A stretch of 64,000 nt of DNA from Vitrella brassicaformis CCMP3155 (lineage: Eukaryota > Protista > Chromerida), in contig CDMY01000404.1 in NCBI GenBank assembly GCA_001179505.1, positions 21,561-85,560 on the forward strand, in the 5' to 3' direction. The translations under genes were made by a program, and so were the position numbers. The notes beneath the pieces are model-generated. The model worked only from the letters and a program-made list of their open reading frames with translations, was not told where the DNA came from and made no database searches. Shown piece after piece: positions 11,756-24,707 of the stretch (the first letter of the stretch is position 1; every line of letters begins with the position of its first letter).

Positions 11756-14005
11756 CTATTGCTGCCGCTGCTGCTGGCCCTCCATCGAGCGACGCACCTG
11801 AGTGACAGACGACAACAGACACCAACAATCCACTGAGCAACTGCTTGTGAATTGCCTACCTCTTCATTGAGCGTGGCATTTTCTCGACGGAGGTCTTCGA
11901 TTTCGGCCTCCAAACGCCGCCGGTCCCCTGCCTCCTGTGGAAAAAAGACACAGACGTTCGCCGTGGGACGACTAGAACAAGGGTCGGCCCACCTTGATCA
12001 GAGCATTGTGAAGCGTGGCGAAGGTCTCCTCGTCCTCCGGATTGATTGCGTTCTTGAGGGTGTTCTTAAAGGCTGTCTGCACTGCGGGGGGCAGGGTGGA
12101 GATGAGGGGAAGGATGGCAGCCACGTCGTCAGGATTTCGTCGAATGAAGTCGGCCGTCAGCCTCGACAAGACACCATCGGTACAAACCCCCGCCAGATTG
12201 CCGAGCGCCGACGCCCAGAACAGCGCCAATGGAAGGCGATAGTGGCGAACCTCAGACAGTGGCAGGAGCATGCCCTCAGCGACCGTAGAATGAATCGACC
12301 TGCACACATGGACAGACAACACCACCATGTGCATGTTTGTCCATTGTTTGCTCACTTGGCCATGTGTGTCACGCCGTCCCACCGCCCCTCCTTGGCGCAC
12401 AGCCGCAAGTAGTGCAAGGCGAGGGCGCGCATGGGGAAGTGTCGCAGCGTCATCGTCATCTCAATGTCCTTGAGCCGCGCCTCTCCCTCTCCTTGCTGGG
12501 CGAGCTTCTCAGCCGAGATGTTGCGCACACACCCACTGATCTCCCACCGTGACGGTCTCTGAAACAGCTGAAACTGGAAGGGGCCAGTTGAGGGGACGAA
12601 TTCAAACCGCAAAATACTGATCACAGGGGTCTGCATGGGCCCGCCAGGGGTCTGCATGGGCCCGCCCCCCATCATTGTGGGCGCCTTATGCAGTTGAATG
12701 GCCTTCTAGGTGGCATCATCGCCGCTCTCTGCTGTTCGCGCCGCTGCTGCTGTGCCGTCGCCACTGTCAGCACCACAGGGGATTGCCAGAGAGGCGTCAG
12801 GAGCGAAGCACGTCACGGACGACACTGGATCGGTGCCATCATTCGTTCCAAAAACGACGTACCAACCGGCAACGTCGGCAATTCTCGCATCTCCGTCGCG
12901 GATGGCGTTGGCAGGCACGCCTGCAAACGATGGGGGTGTGTTGGGTGCGCGAGGGGGGGGAGGGGTGTAGGGATGGGGAAGGCCCACGACTGTGAACGAG
13001 AGCCCAAGCCACATGACGGTTCCCTGCTGGTTGTTGGCGAAGGGATGCTGGGAAAAGCTCTTGTTCTTTCCAGGGAAGGTGAGACAGTGAACACATCCGT
13101 CTCGAAGGCAGCCGCTGCATCAATCAAGCCACAACAACAAAGGCATGATCTGGCCTCCCCACTGCAGTTCACTGTCGTCCTTCTTACCCAGTGCCGCAGC
13201 GAGTGATGAGCTCCCTGTTGCGTCCGTGATGAACCGGGCGACTTGGTGGCTCATATCGATGACGCGGTCATGGGACAGCTCATCCACCAAACTGCCGGCC
13301 AGGCTGATGGCCGCCCTGATAGCGTCGTCCGTGTCGTCATTCCCACCCTCACACCTACGCCATTGAGCTTGGGTGATGTCAGGCTTCTTGAGCAGTGCCG
13401 GCAGCAGACCCGTGCGAATGTCATTGTGCTGATGGATGAAACGAGCGATGAAGGCGTAGCGACTGAAGCTGTCCAGCAGGCTGTTGGCCAGCTGATGGTC
13501 ACGGAGCCACCCCTCCAACACCATCTGCAACACACAACATACCCAATAATGCATCAAGCGGCAGCCCAGACGACCCTCCCATTTCCGCTCTGACCTGTCT
13601 GTGTATGCGCCACAGCAGACTTTGGCTGCTGCGGGGCGTGAAGATCTTGTAGGTCTCGAACTGCAGGTAGTCGAGGGCGATCATTGCATCCAGGAGGTTG
13701 TCCTTGGTCAGCGACTTGACGATGTCCAGCTCTCGCTGCAGCACCACCAGCCCGGTGGCTCGAGTGATCCCTTCGATGCAAATCTGACGCTGTTGACCCT
13801 CTTGGAACTCGCCATGAAGAACCTGCGTCGACACACAGATGAGGGACGGTCACGGGCATTTCTGATCTGCTGTGTCTGGTGCTGTGTGTCTAACCCGCTG
13901 GAAATACTTGAACTGCCGGGCGACACTCTCCTTTACGACCACAGGCGGCTCTGCCTCGCCATCGCCTGCGAACCGTACACTCACTGACGGCTCGAGAGCA
14001 CTCAT
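11756..14005 (-). CDS. BTB/POZ (Skp1-like fold) domain protein with C-terminal coiled coil; internal model uncertain
   Basis: MSALEPSVSVRFAGDGE..VVVKESVARQFKYFQR|VLHGEFQEGQQRQICIEGIT..LTKDNLLDAMIALDYLQ fits the BTB pattern. Final exons: EAGDRRRLEAEIEDLRRENATLNEE|VRRSMEGQQQRQQ*. An in-frame TAG at 12706-12708 is unresolved, so this could be two genes or a pseudogene. Confidence 0.6.
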
Positions 14006-14167
14006 CGTGCAAACAGGAAGAGAACCGTCGCACAGATGCGCGCGTGACAAGGAGGTTGGCGTCGCGTGCCGAGAACTTCTAAGTCCTATTCCTCCAGACC
14101 AGCAGTCGGTGGCGCGCTAACCAGAACGAAATAGAAGTCCAGGCACCGGCCTTCGGGAGAGATAGAA

Positions 14168-15061
14168 ATGTTTGTGTGGGTGGCCCTGACCCTCCCCTGG
14201 ACGGCCCTGTGTGCGCAACAATGCGGCATCTCGTTCAGCCCTCGGCCCCAGGGCACCGCCAAGATAAGCGACGCGATGATGAACACAGGGGCCCTGACGA
14301 ACCTCGACAGCTTCACGCTCTCCCAGTCCAAGGCCCTGCCCTCCCTCCTCACCAAACAGCAGCAAACACAGCTCCACGCCCGACAGGCCCAGACGGCCAC
14401 CTTCCAGACCATCCTTGAAGACAAGAGGGGGCAGAATGCGATGTTCAAGCAGCTGTTCGAGGGCAAGCTCACCGCGATTGGCAACGGGGCCGGCATGGCA
14501 CCCGGACAGCGCACTTCCATCACTGGGCTGGGCAAGGAACTCGAGCAGGCCTTGGCGAAACTGGCTGCCGCGACCAGTGAGGCGGGCGTGACACACAAGT
14601 TCTCATTCGGCAACTTCAAGATGACCCCTGACGGCAAGGTGAGTGAGGCGTCAAAGACCGCCTAGGTAGGCATGTTTGTGCCATATGTGTGTGTGTGTGT
14701 GTGTGTGACCGTAGGTCTTCAATGACCGTGGCGAGAAGGTTTATGAGGTGTCGAAGGAGGCCCTCCAGGCCAGCAAGCGCCTCAACCCCAATTACACGGA
14801 CAGCGCCATGACGCCGGCAAAGACCACAGGCGAGCTGCTGGGGCTCTCATCATCCCGGCCACCCAACAAGGGCACGATGGCCACAGCCGATCAAGCCAAC
14901 AACAAGAACCAGTGCCAGAACCAGTGCCGCCCCACCACGTGCGCGCGGCAGCCGACGCAAGAGACACCACGGCGACAGCAGCCGCCCCTTCCCCAGCCCG
15001 CACAGAAGCACAAAGAGGACAAAAGAGACGAAAGCAGCAAGGACCAGAGGAAACAACAACA

Positions 15062-15092
<31 letters not shown>

Positions 15093-15659
15093 AAACAGCC
15101 GGAGACCTTACTTGCCAAGAAGGAGAAGGAGCCCCCGGTGAGATACGACACGCCCCAGCTGCTGCCGCAGCTGCCCGCCACGAGCAACCTCAACTCTCTC
15201 GGCGGCCACCCGACCCTCTTCCCGCATCTTGGCCATCATCACGGACAAGAAGAAGATGACATCGCTCCTTCGTCCGTGCCAGCTCTCTGCATGGACTGCG
15301 ACACATTGCTTGTGACCGACCCCGCCACCGGCGAGACGTACCGTTCTCACGACCAGGAAGATCACATGACGGTCATCACGCCCCCTCCCGCCCCCCTCGC
15401 CTATCTGTCCCGCCCACCGACCCAAGCGCATCGGGGCCCTCTGAAGGTGCGTGTGCAGGGGGCGGTCAACAAGAAGCTCGGCGACGGGATGCAGCAGCTG
15501 CGGATGGTGCTGAGCATGCACCTGCTTTTCGGGATTGGGCGGGGGAAGTGGAATAATGAGAGGCAGGGAGTGATGCTGGGCAGCAGGGTGCAGCTCGACT
15601 GTGGGCAGGTGCTGAGCGCCAGGGAGGGGAGGCGGTGCGAGGAGCGGTCCAATTGGTGA
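14168..15659 (+). CDS. Hypothetical protein with signal-peptide-like N-terminus and polyQ tract (2 exons)
   Basis: Hydrophobic start MFVWVALTLPWTALCA. GT-AG intron at ~14640-14714 joins TPDGK|VFNDRGEKVYEV in frame. (CAA/CAG)n at ~15050-15095. Confidence 0.65.
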
Positions 15660-16705
15660 AGGAGGTGGAATTGGTTGGACGTCTGAATCACGTGTGTGGA
15701 TGTCCCATTGCTACCCTTCGCTAAGCTATGCCACACTGCTGTGTGTGGGCATTGCTGGCATTGCAGGCGGGCAGGGTTTTGACCGTTTGTTGGTGCTTGC
15801 TGTGCGTTTCTTGGTTAGTCGCGTGGTGGTTTGGTCGTCTGGGGGGTCAGTTCTAGTAGGGTGTGGCGTCAGACTCAATCAAGAGATGTTTTCTCTGTTT
15901 GTGAAAAGTGAGAGAGAGAGAGAGAGGAATTGGCGGTCGGGTGGGTGGGGTGGGTGGGAGAGACCGATTTAGGTCAGTCAGCTTGTCTGTTTGTCTGTCT
16001 GTCTGTAGATCAGTCAGCGTGTGTAGATCCTAGCCAATTAATGTGAGAGTGAGAAATCTCTTAGCGACCGACGGACGACGGACGATACGCGTGGCATTGA
16101 GCGTTGATCGGATTGTCGTGTGTGGATGTGAAGGTCAGTCCTGAAGGCCACTCAGTCAGTTCCCTCTTCCTTCCTAGTGTCAGTCGCTCTCTTAAACCTC
16201 CCTCCCTCCCTAACCTTCCTTGGTACCAAACGACGGGCAACACACAGACAGACATCGTGCAAGGCAGGCTCTTCACCCGCCACCCACAGACATGCTGCCC
16301 ACTTAGCCAATTACCTGGCGCACACAGACACATTGACAGACACATCAAGATGGATGGATGGATGGACGGGTGAATGGTGGGGGTGAGTGGGTCGGTGGAC
16401 GGGAGAAAAACGATGGGGCTGGCTGGATGAAAGAACATCATGACTCACACAGACACACAGGCGGCCACACTGATGCACGCACGGATGGAGGCAGACAGAC
16501 CTGTTTCTTAGACGGACGGACGGCAACAAAGCAAAACGGTAGACAGACAGACAGACCATGGCTGGATGTGTGTGGCATGCAGAGCAGTCAAGTAGGGAGG
16601 GAGTCCGGGTGTCTTGTCGAACATCGGTGTTGGCTGCCTGGCTGCACCCTCCCTCTCCATCCATCCATCCCTCAATCATCACTTGTGGTCTGGCTGCTGG
16701 TTGAG

Positions 16706-18659
16706 TCAGTTCTTGCCCTTGCCGCCCTTGCCACCAACCTTGGCTGAAAGCCAAACACGCACACACAAAGAGACAGGGAAGCCGTAAGACGTTCGCACGC
16801 TTCGCTGTCCGTCTGTCCGTCTGGCTGTCTGTCTGTCTGTCTGTCTGTGTCCATACCTTTCTTAGAAGATCCTTCCTGTGCGGCGGATGATGCGCGTTTG
16901 CCGCCCTGTTTGGCCTTTGGCTTGGGCTTGGCGCCCTGCTTGGCCTTCGGCACTGCTTTGCCTACACTCACACACAACACACGAGACACGAGACGCCAAC
17001 CGCAGAGACCAATGTATTGATGTGGACGCGCGTGGCCTCACTGACTCGCCCACCCTTGCCGGCAGACTTGTCGCCCTCCTCGCCCTCGCCCTCCTCATCC
17101 TCCTCATCCTCATCCTCTTCTTCGTCGTCCTCCTCCCCAGCTGATGTCCAAATCACAAACACACATAGACACCACACACAGACGGACAGGGCAATGTGCT
17201 TTGGGCATTCAGTCAGTCGGTTGCCGCGTCAGCTCGTCTATCTACCCTTTGCGAGTTCCTCGTCGATCTCGGCGTCTGTCATACCAAACTTGCGCAGCTG
17301 GGCGCGGAGCGCTGGCAGAAACAATCACGCACACACACACACACACACACACGTGTGTGATTCAATGCTGGTCCACGTGTGTGTGTGTGGTTGCTGCCTC
17401 ACCCTCCTCGTCCTGAACGTCGTCATCATCGTCTTCCTCGTCATCATCCTCATCCCCGCCAGCCACCACCATGTCGGCCGCTGATACACACACACATACA
17501 CACATGGATGGCATGTTGTCGTGTGATGTCACCCACTGACTGACCTTTCGCCTTGGCCTTGGCCTTGGCCATGGCCTTCGTTGCGGCGACCTTGGCCTTT
17601 GGCTTGGGTGCAGCCTTGGACTTGGCCTTGGCCTTGGCCTTGGCCTTGGCAGCAGCATCCACCAACATCGGAGCTGATACCATTCCACCCGACAACACCC
17701 ACAATAGAACAGGGAGAGAGTGAATCCACGCATTGCATTCCACATCGTTTGTTTGTTTCTGTCTGTCTGTCTGTCTGCGTGGAAGCTCTTACCTTCCTCC
17801 TCGTCCTCTTCTTCATCCTCGTCCTCGTCGTGAAGGGCACGCTGCCGCTGACACACACACACACACACACACACACGCAGACAGAGAGAGAGAGAGAGCG
17901 AGCCGTCCACACCACCCACCCTCCCACCAAATGTGCCAGTGCCCTCACAGCGCTGATGTTGCCCATGAGTTCGTCCTCGTCTTCATCCTCATCCTCGTCG
18001 AATTCGTCGAAGTCCGGCTCGTAGTAGCCCGTCACGTGCACCGGCACCTTGCCGCTCACCGTCAGGCTCAACTCGCGCATGCCCACGTCCAAAAACAGGT
18101 CGAACGACGTCGACTCACACTGAAAGAAGATATGACCAGGGAGAGAGGGAGGGAGAAATGTGATGTGAAAGGGGTTGCTGGTGGACGGACGTACCTTGCC
18201 CTTCTCGAGGCTGCAGACGTTGTACTTGACCTGGTCGTGGGGCGTGAGGACCTGAAGCGTCGCCTTGCCGCTGCCATCACCCAAACACGCCTACACACAC
18301 ACACACATATGGATGCAGGGATGCACCGAGAATGAATGCACTCCCTACAGATGCCACCACCGTCACCGTGGGTGCGTTCCGTTCCCCTCCCCCGCCTCCC
18401 CCGCCTCCCCGGCTCTTCTGTCGTGTTCACTCACCGACGAGAGGTGGAGGATGTCCCCCAGCAGGTTCTCCAGAGGCACGGGCTCGTCAGGCTTCACTAT
18501 CGCGCCTGCATCACACCGCATCACATCACATCATATCACACCACACACACCCGCAACGCACCAGAATGCTCAGCGAGACCAGACCCCCTCATGCGTCGAT
18601 GAATCCCCTTTGCCGCGATCTGGGGTATTTCGCGGTTGGGTTGTCTTACCGAAAAACAT
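16706..18659 (-). CDS. Nucleoplasmin-like (NPL) domain protein with acidic tracts and Lys/Ala-rich tail; likely histone chaperone
   Basis: MFFG|AIVKPDEPV..DILHLSS|ACLG..YNVCSLEKGK|..DLFLDVG..LTVSGKVPVHVTGYY is the NPL fold seen in HD-tuin/FKBP39-type proteins. It is followed by poly-D/E tracts, (AK)n and KGGKGKN*. No FKBP domain was seen. Confidence 0.85.
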
Positions 18660-18708
18660 GGTGGTGGAGTTCGCAGCGAACAGGGAAAATTGCCCTGGAG
18701 GAATGTGT

Positions 18709-18723
18709 AGGGTTTGAAACCCT
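18709..18723. promoter_or_regulatory. Palindromic telo-box-like motif 50 bp upstream of the NPL gene
   Basis: AGGGTTT-G-AAACCCT. Confidence 0.5.
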
Positions 18724-19051
18724 GTGGACCGAACCCTGCTACTGCCGCGCACGCAGTGTTTCCATGCCACACGCGCCATCTGGAATGATTGATTTTCTGC
18801 TGTAGACGTGGGCCTGCACGTCTTCAATTCCTTCCTCAGTCTACTATCTCCGCCAGCAGCCTCGGTGTGTTCCGCCGTCATCTGTGCCTTCGTGACATGG
18901 AGAAATCCTGCCTATGGTGGCAGCACCCCCTTGTCAGACGTACACAGACCACGCCAGAACACACACGCCGTACTGGCCGGCTAGCCTCCCGTCACACACA
19001 CACACACGGAGAAGACAGCCCCTTCACCCACCCACCCAGAGAGCAGCGTGT

Positions 19052-19626
19052 TCACTGAGACACCAGTGCAAACACGCTGTCTCTGCCATGGTCGGCCGTC
19101 ACCGGCAAAAGCTCCCGCCCGTCGGCCTCCCTTGCCCCGCCCCCCTCACTCTCGGCCATTGCGCGGCCGATCTGTCTGCGGAGGAAGTGCATCTTCTCGT
19201 GTTCGCTGCGCAGAGGCTCCCAGTCAAAGTAGGGGACGAGCGCCACGTGCCACCCCATGGCTCTCAGGAGGCGGTGGCGCGCTCGTGACCAGGCCGTCCT
19301 GAGGGAGAGAGAGAGAGAGGAGGTCTGATTTGGTTCTGTGTGGCGATGGGTGGGTGGGTGGGTGGGTGGGTGGGTGTTGGGTGACTGACTGACCATTCTA
19401 TCTGAGTGCCGTCCATCTCTGTGTAGAAGTCGTTGGGCAGACCGACCTACACACACACACACACACACACACAAACAGGGTACGGAGCCCATATTACATG
19501 TGTGTGGATGTACATCTGTTGTGCGTTGGTCAGTCAGTCTGACCTCGATGACCACTTTGTAGTGCGTGTCTGCGATGTGTACGACGAAGGGCGCCGCATC
19601 CACCAGCAAAGAAGGAACCAGATACT

Positions 19627-19659
<33 letters not shown>

Positions 19660-22600
19660 CAGAGAGGAAGAGATGGAGAGAGAGACAATGACCAGCACTC
19701 AATGCATCCATCCACGAACGCACCCCGGGCTGTGCTGGCTGACCATGGTCTTGGCGATGCGGTGGTTGGCGAGCATCTCCAAGTGTTTCCACACATCCCT
19801 CTCCAGCGCATTCAGGGCCCTCTCGCCACGACCGCCCTCACACCCACCCTCACTGAGCTCATCGGCGGTGTCAACCTCCGTCAGATCAGCAGTGGGAGGG
19901 AGGGCTGGTGCCGGTGCTGGTGGTGGTGGTGGTTCTGCTTGCGGCTCGAGCAGTGAGGTGAGGAAATGGTAGAGGGGCAGAGTGGATGGAGAGACGTCAC
20001 CTGCACGCGCACACACACAGACACAGGCACACACGATGTCGCCCGCGTGGCTCCATCTCTGTCTGGTTTGGTCTGACTGGCTTCGATGCGGTGGCAGTGG
20101 GTCATGCTGCACGCGGCGAGCTTCAACAGAGGCAGCGACGAGCCGTCAGCACGGACACGGCGGTGATGTGCTGCACACACAAACAACACAACACACCACT
20201 ATACAGGACACCCGAAGACACTCCCCCCCACTTTTGGCAGCCCTGCCCTGCCGACCCGCTATCCCATCCAGGAGCTGGATGAACGCCGATCGTGTGTGTG
20301 GCGAGGTGTCGTTCCACAGAATGAGGGCCGACAGCAGCCGCAGCATATCGGACAGGTCGCTGGACGCACCGAGGGGGATCAAAGGGAGACGGTGAGAGAA
20401 CACGCGAGTCAGCAGGCTGGCAGTCTGACACACGCAGACACACAGACAGACAGACAGACAGGCAGACAGACGGAGAGACGGAGAGACGGAGAGAGAGGGA
20501 TCACCACAGCCAAACAGACACACACACACACACACACACACAAGGTTGCACGCTCACTTTGTCGTTGAGCTGCCCGAAGAGGTCGCTGTGTGGGAAGCCC
20601 AGTTTGGTGAGGCCGAACGCCACGCGAGAGAGGTCGGCGAGGTCGAAGGAGGCGGGCAGCGGCTGCAGGGCCTCCGTCAGGGCGAGCAGCAGCTGGTTGT
20701 CCCGCAGATCCATCGACCCCCACACATGGACCTGACCGCACACACGCGCACAGATGGCCTCTCGTCTATGTGATTGATGCATGCCTTGTTCCCCCACCCC
20801 TCCCTCCCTCCCTCCCTCCCTCCCTCCGCCACTCACTGACCAGCTGTGCGATGACTTTGGTGTCGTCGTCAATGCTCTTGGCCTGCAGGATGGCTATGAG
20901 TGCGTTGGAGATGCGACCGAATCGCCGCCTCTGCTGACCAAACACCGGCCGCAGTCGAGCCAGTGTTGAAGCCACCAGCAGCAGATCGCGGGGCGGGAAG
21001 ACATCCAGGTTGATACGCGCCTGAACGAGACACACCAACAAAGCGTTGCGTGATGCATGCGACACATGACATGAGGGGTGGGGGGAACTCACCTGGTCCC
21101 ATAGCGTCTGCCAGACGTCTTTGTCTTCCACCCGGCCCCGCTGCATGCCCTCCATCATCCGCAACACCTCCCGCGCCCCATACGGCCGCACCCACTTCAT
21201 GAGGTGCCCCTTGGCGCCCTCACACACGATGCCCCACCCCCTGCCCTCGCCCCCACACAAGGCCGCCACGTGACACACGAAATCCGCCACCTCATTCGGC
21301 CCCCAGGCGCCCTCGTCCATCCCCAGCCTCTTCACGGCCACCGGTGCGATAGCATCGATAAACGGGGAGACATCCATCGGCTCTGCACACGACTCAACCG
21401 CCATTCGCAAGCCGGCCACCATGCGCAAGAGAGTCTCAATGTCGGCGAACTGGTGCGCTTGGCTTGTGGCGCGAGCCACCAGGGCGTTGATGAGGTCAGG
21501 GGAGGTGAATCTGAGGTGGGCCAGGGCGCTGAGGCATCCGGCGATCACGAAGGGGGGCGACGAGGGGAGGGAGGCCGCCAGCCGTTGTGAGAGCAGAAAG
21601 AGGGGCTTGTGGACGGATTGCGGCGCACAGCCGGCGCGCTGAAACGCCGTCAGCAAGCTGTGCACGCCCTGAATGAAACACAACAAAATGCACCAACCAA
21701 CGTGACTGTCGGGTCAGATCCCACTCACCCCCCTCCCCCTCCCTGCCTCACCACCGGCGTCAGTTGGCCGATCTTCGCGGCATCGAGCGCCTCGCAGATC
21801 TTCCCAATCCACTCGTCTTTGGCCATGGCGCGGTTCAGCTTGGTGAGGTCGTTGGCCACCATGGCCAGGGAGTTGGGCGAGAGCTCGCCCAGACGCGCCA
21901 TCAAGTGCACCACAACAGAGTGCGACAGCCGGCTGTCGCGGTCGCCCCGCATCACGTGGGCATGCAGCAGCTCTGCCAGGTCCGTTGGGCTGCATTTGGG
22001 TAGCATTTCGCGGAGCCTCTCGCTCAGATCGGTCAGCGACGCCTTGACCCACTCTGGCCGCGCCAGGGCGACGTCGAAGGACATGTCGAGCTCGCTGTTT
22101 GGGAACATCCCCACGGGCCCCTCCTCTCCCTCAACCGTCCCAGTCACCTCACCCCCACCACCACGTGTGCGGGGCTCCATGGTCATGGCGTCGGGCACAC
22201 CAGCAACACCGACCTTCTTGCCCAGCTCCACCCACAATGGCGGGCTCTTCATGGGCCGCGGTCTCCTGTATTTGCTGAATTCTGGTGGTGGGCGCTGCGT
22301 GACATTCCAATGGGGGTCTGATGCCAGCAAAAAGTTGGGCGGTGTGGGGCCTTTGACGTAGAGGGCGTAGAGAGAGACGAGGTCGCGGGGCGGGGCGGTG
22401 GGCGTGTGTATGAGGGATGCCGAGTGGACCAGGTGCATGAAGGCCGGGGTGAGGTAGTCGAGCTGCTGGAGACACTGCACCACACCCACCCCACACACGC
22501 AAACATGCCGAAGACATGCATCGCATCAATCGGCGTGTGCGTGCAACCAACACAGGCAGGTCCGTACCAGGGCGACATTGACAAGTTGTGATGAGCTGAA

Positions 22601-24241
22601 TGTGGGCAGTCTCGGCGCACCAGCCTGCATGACCAACACGAGAAAGGGGGAAGACACCGCTCCTCCTTCTCTGCACATGCATTTGCTTTCGTGTTGTTCA
22701 TTGAGCTGACCCGTGTGAGTTTCCTCACAATGGGCACAATGAGGTGCCGTCTGCCCTCCTGGCTGCGCAGTATAGACTGCAGCAACGACGCATAACCCTG
22801 GAGACAGACCGCTCACATGCACACAGAACAATCAACCATTGTGCCACCAGACGCCCTCCCCAGATATGCATATGTATGTGCCTGTGCCACCCACTATCTC
22901 TCTCTCTCTCACCTCGGGCCTCAACTCCGCCACAACTCGACTCAGCTCCCGCGCCACCTGCTTCCAAAACTCCCGCTTCTCAACCATCCTCACGCCACTC
23001 CCCTCCTCCTCCCCTCCCCCGTCTTCCACCACCACCACGTCCTTTCTGTGTGTCTTCCTGGGCGGGTCATCGATCAGCACGTCCTCCTGGAACCGGACGG
23101 CGATGCTGACGAGGTGCGGCAGATCGGTGCTGTTGGCTCGGGTGAGGAGGGAGGGGAGGGAAGGGGCCAGTTTGGCCAGGAAGGAGGCGTGTGGGTGGTC
23201 GAAACGGATCAGCGTGTTGCCGATCAGACAGACGCCTGATTGATGTGATGCATCCCCCCATGACATCATGCATGAGAGCGAGCATCTGCTACTCCGTGTC
23301 TGTCGTGTTGGTTACTTCTCAGTGGTAGCTCCTCGAATTGCTCCGTCGCCCGTGTCACAAGATGGTGGAGCAGGGCGTGGTTGGGGCCGAATGGTGGGTG
23401 GTGCGAGAGGATGTGGATGACGCGGGAGAGCTCCAGCGGAGTGCGGGCACACGCCTGACAGACACACCACACACACGACAGACAGTCACGCCCATGTATG
23501 TCATGTCATCCATCGGCCTGCCTCTTCTGCTCTCGTGTGCTGACTGACGACTCACCGCTGCCTTGCGTATGGCCTCCTGGAAAAGCTGCCGGTTGCCGGT
23601 CTTACCGTGCCGCACCGCCGCGTCACACAGCGCCGACACCACCGTATACACGCTTCGGCCCATCCCATCGTCGCCATACACAACGGCACGCCTTTCCTTC
23701 ACTTTTGTTGTGGGTGGTGGTGGTGGGATGGCCCGCGGCCCTCCCGCTCCGAAGGTTTCGAGGTCGTAGTGGTCAGGGATGGATGTGGCCTCGGACGGCA
23801 GCGGGGAGTCGATATCCGCTGCTGACCGGAGCAGCGCATCTGAGCCGCCAACCACACCCAGCAGAAGAGGAGAAAGAAAGAAAGAAAGACATATCAGAAC
23901 CATCCATGTGTGTGTTGTGTTGTGTTGTCTTCTCTTCTGTTCTGTTGCTTGCCTTGTGCGAGCCTGGTGCTCTTGAGGTGTTTGCCGTTGGTGCTGAGGA
24001 CGATGGGCACCTTCTGCTTGAACCGCCGGTTTGGCCGCACGAAGATCGGGTCGGACTTGATGACGCCAGAGGCCCTCTCCGGACCATCGTCTGCCCGTGG
24101 CCACCTCTTGACCGCCGTATCCTCCCCCTGCGCCGACATCTGCACGCTGGCTGCTCCCGCAGCACCTGTGCTCGCCGCTGCAGTGGACATCTGGCGAAAG
24201 AGAGGGGTGGTGGACGGCCGAGAGAGGCCGCGGGAAATCAT
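19052..24241 (-). CDS. RAP-domain protein with FAST/heptatricopeptide-like helical repeats and probable organellar (mitochondrial) targeting
   Basis: Arg/Ser-rich leader MISRGLSRPSTTPLFRQMSTAAA. Repeats such as FDLADLSRVAFGLTKLGF and LSPNSLAMVANDLTKL. C-terminal KVVIEV|GLPNDFY..|..RHRLLRAMGWHVALVPYFDW matches the RAP domain. Confidence 0.8.
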
Positions 24242-24707
24242 CTCGCTCTCTCAAGGCCGCCGGTTTCGTCGCACTCGTGGCTGCCGCGTGTTGTATGTAA
24301 GAGCCTCTGAGTCACCGGCCGCGTCGCATATAGAAGAGATCTGTGTGCCGAGCCCGCCTCACTCATGCGGCTCCGCCCCCGGCCGCATTGCCGCCGTCAA
24401 TCTCGTCGACGTTGAAGCAGTGTGAGATGAGGACTGTGTATAATACGACGACGAAGTATATGGACGAGAGTTCGTCGAACTCTTGCGTGAGGTAGAGGAA
24501 GAGGAAATAGAAAGTTATCCACATGGCGCAAACGCGTCGACCACGTCAAGATCCATCGAAGATCAGAGGAAGCGCCTCCTTATTGCTGACACTTCGCACT
24601 TCGCTAAGCTCGCAGCGTGGCGATTTGTCCGTCTGTCGGCGAAATGAAGCACAGGGGTGTCGGGCTGGTGTGCATAGACGCCAGACATCACTCATGAGCC
24701 GAGATCT

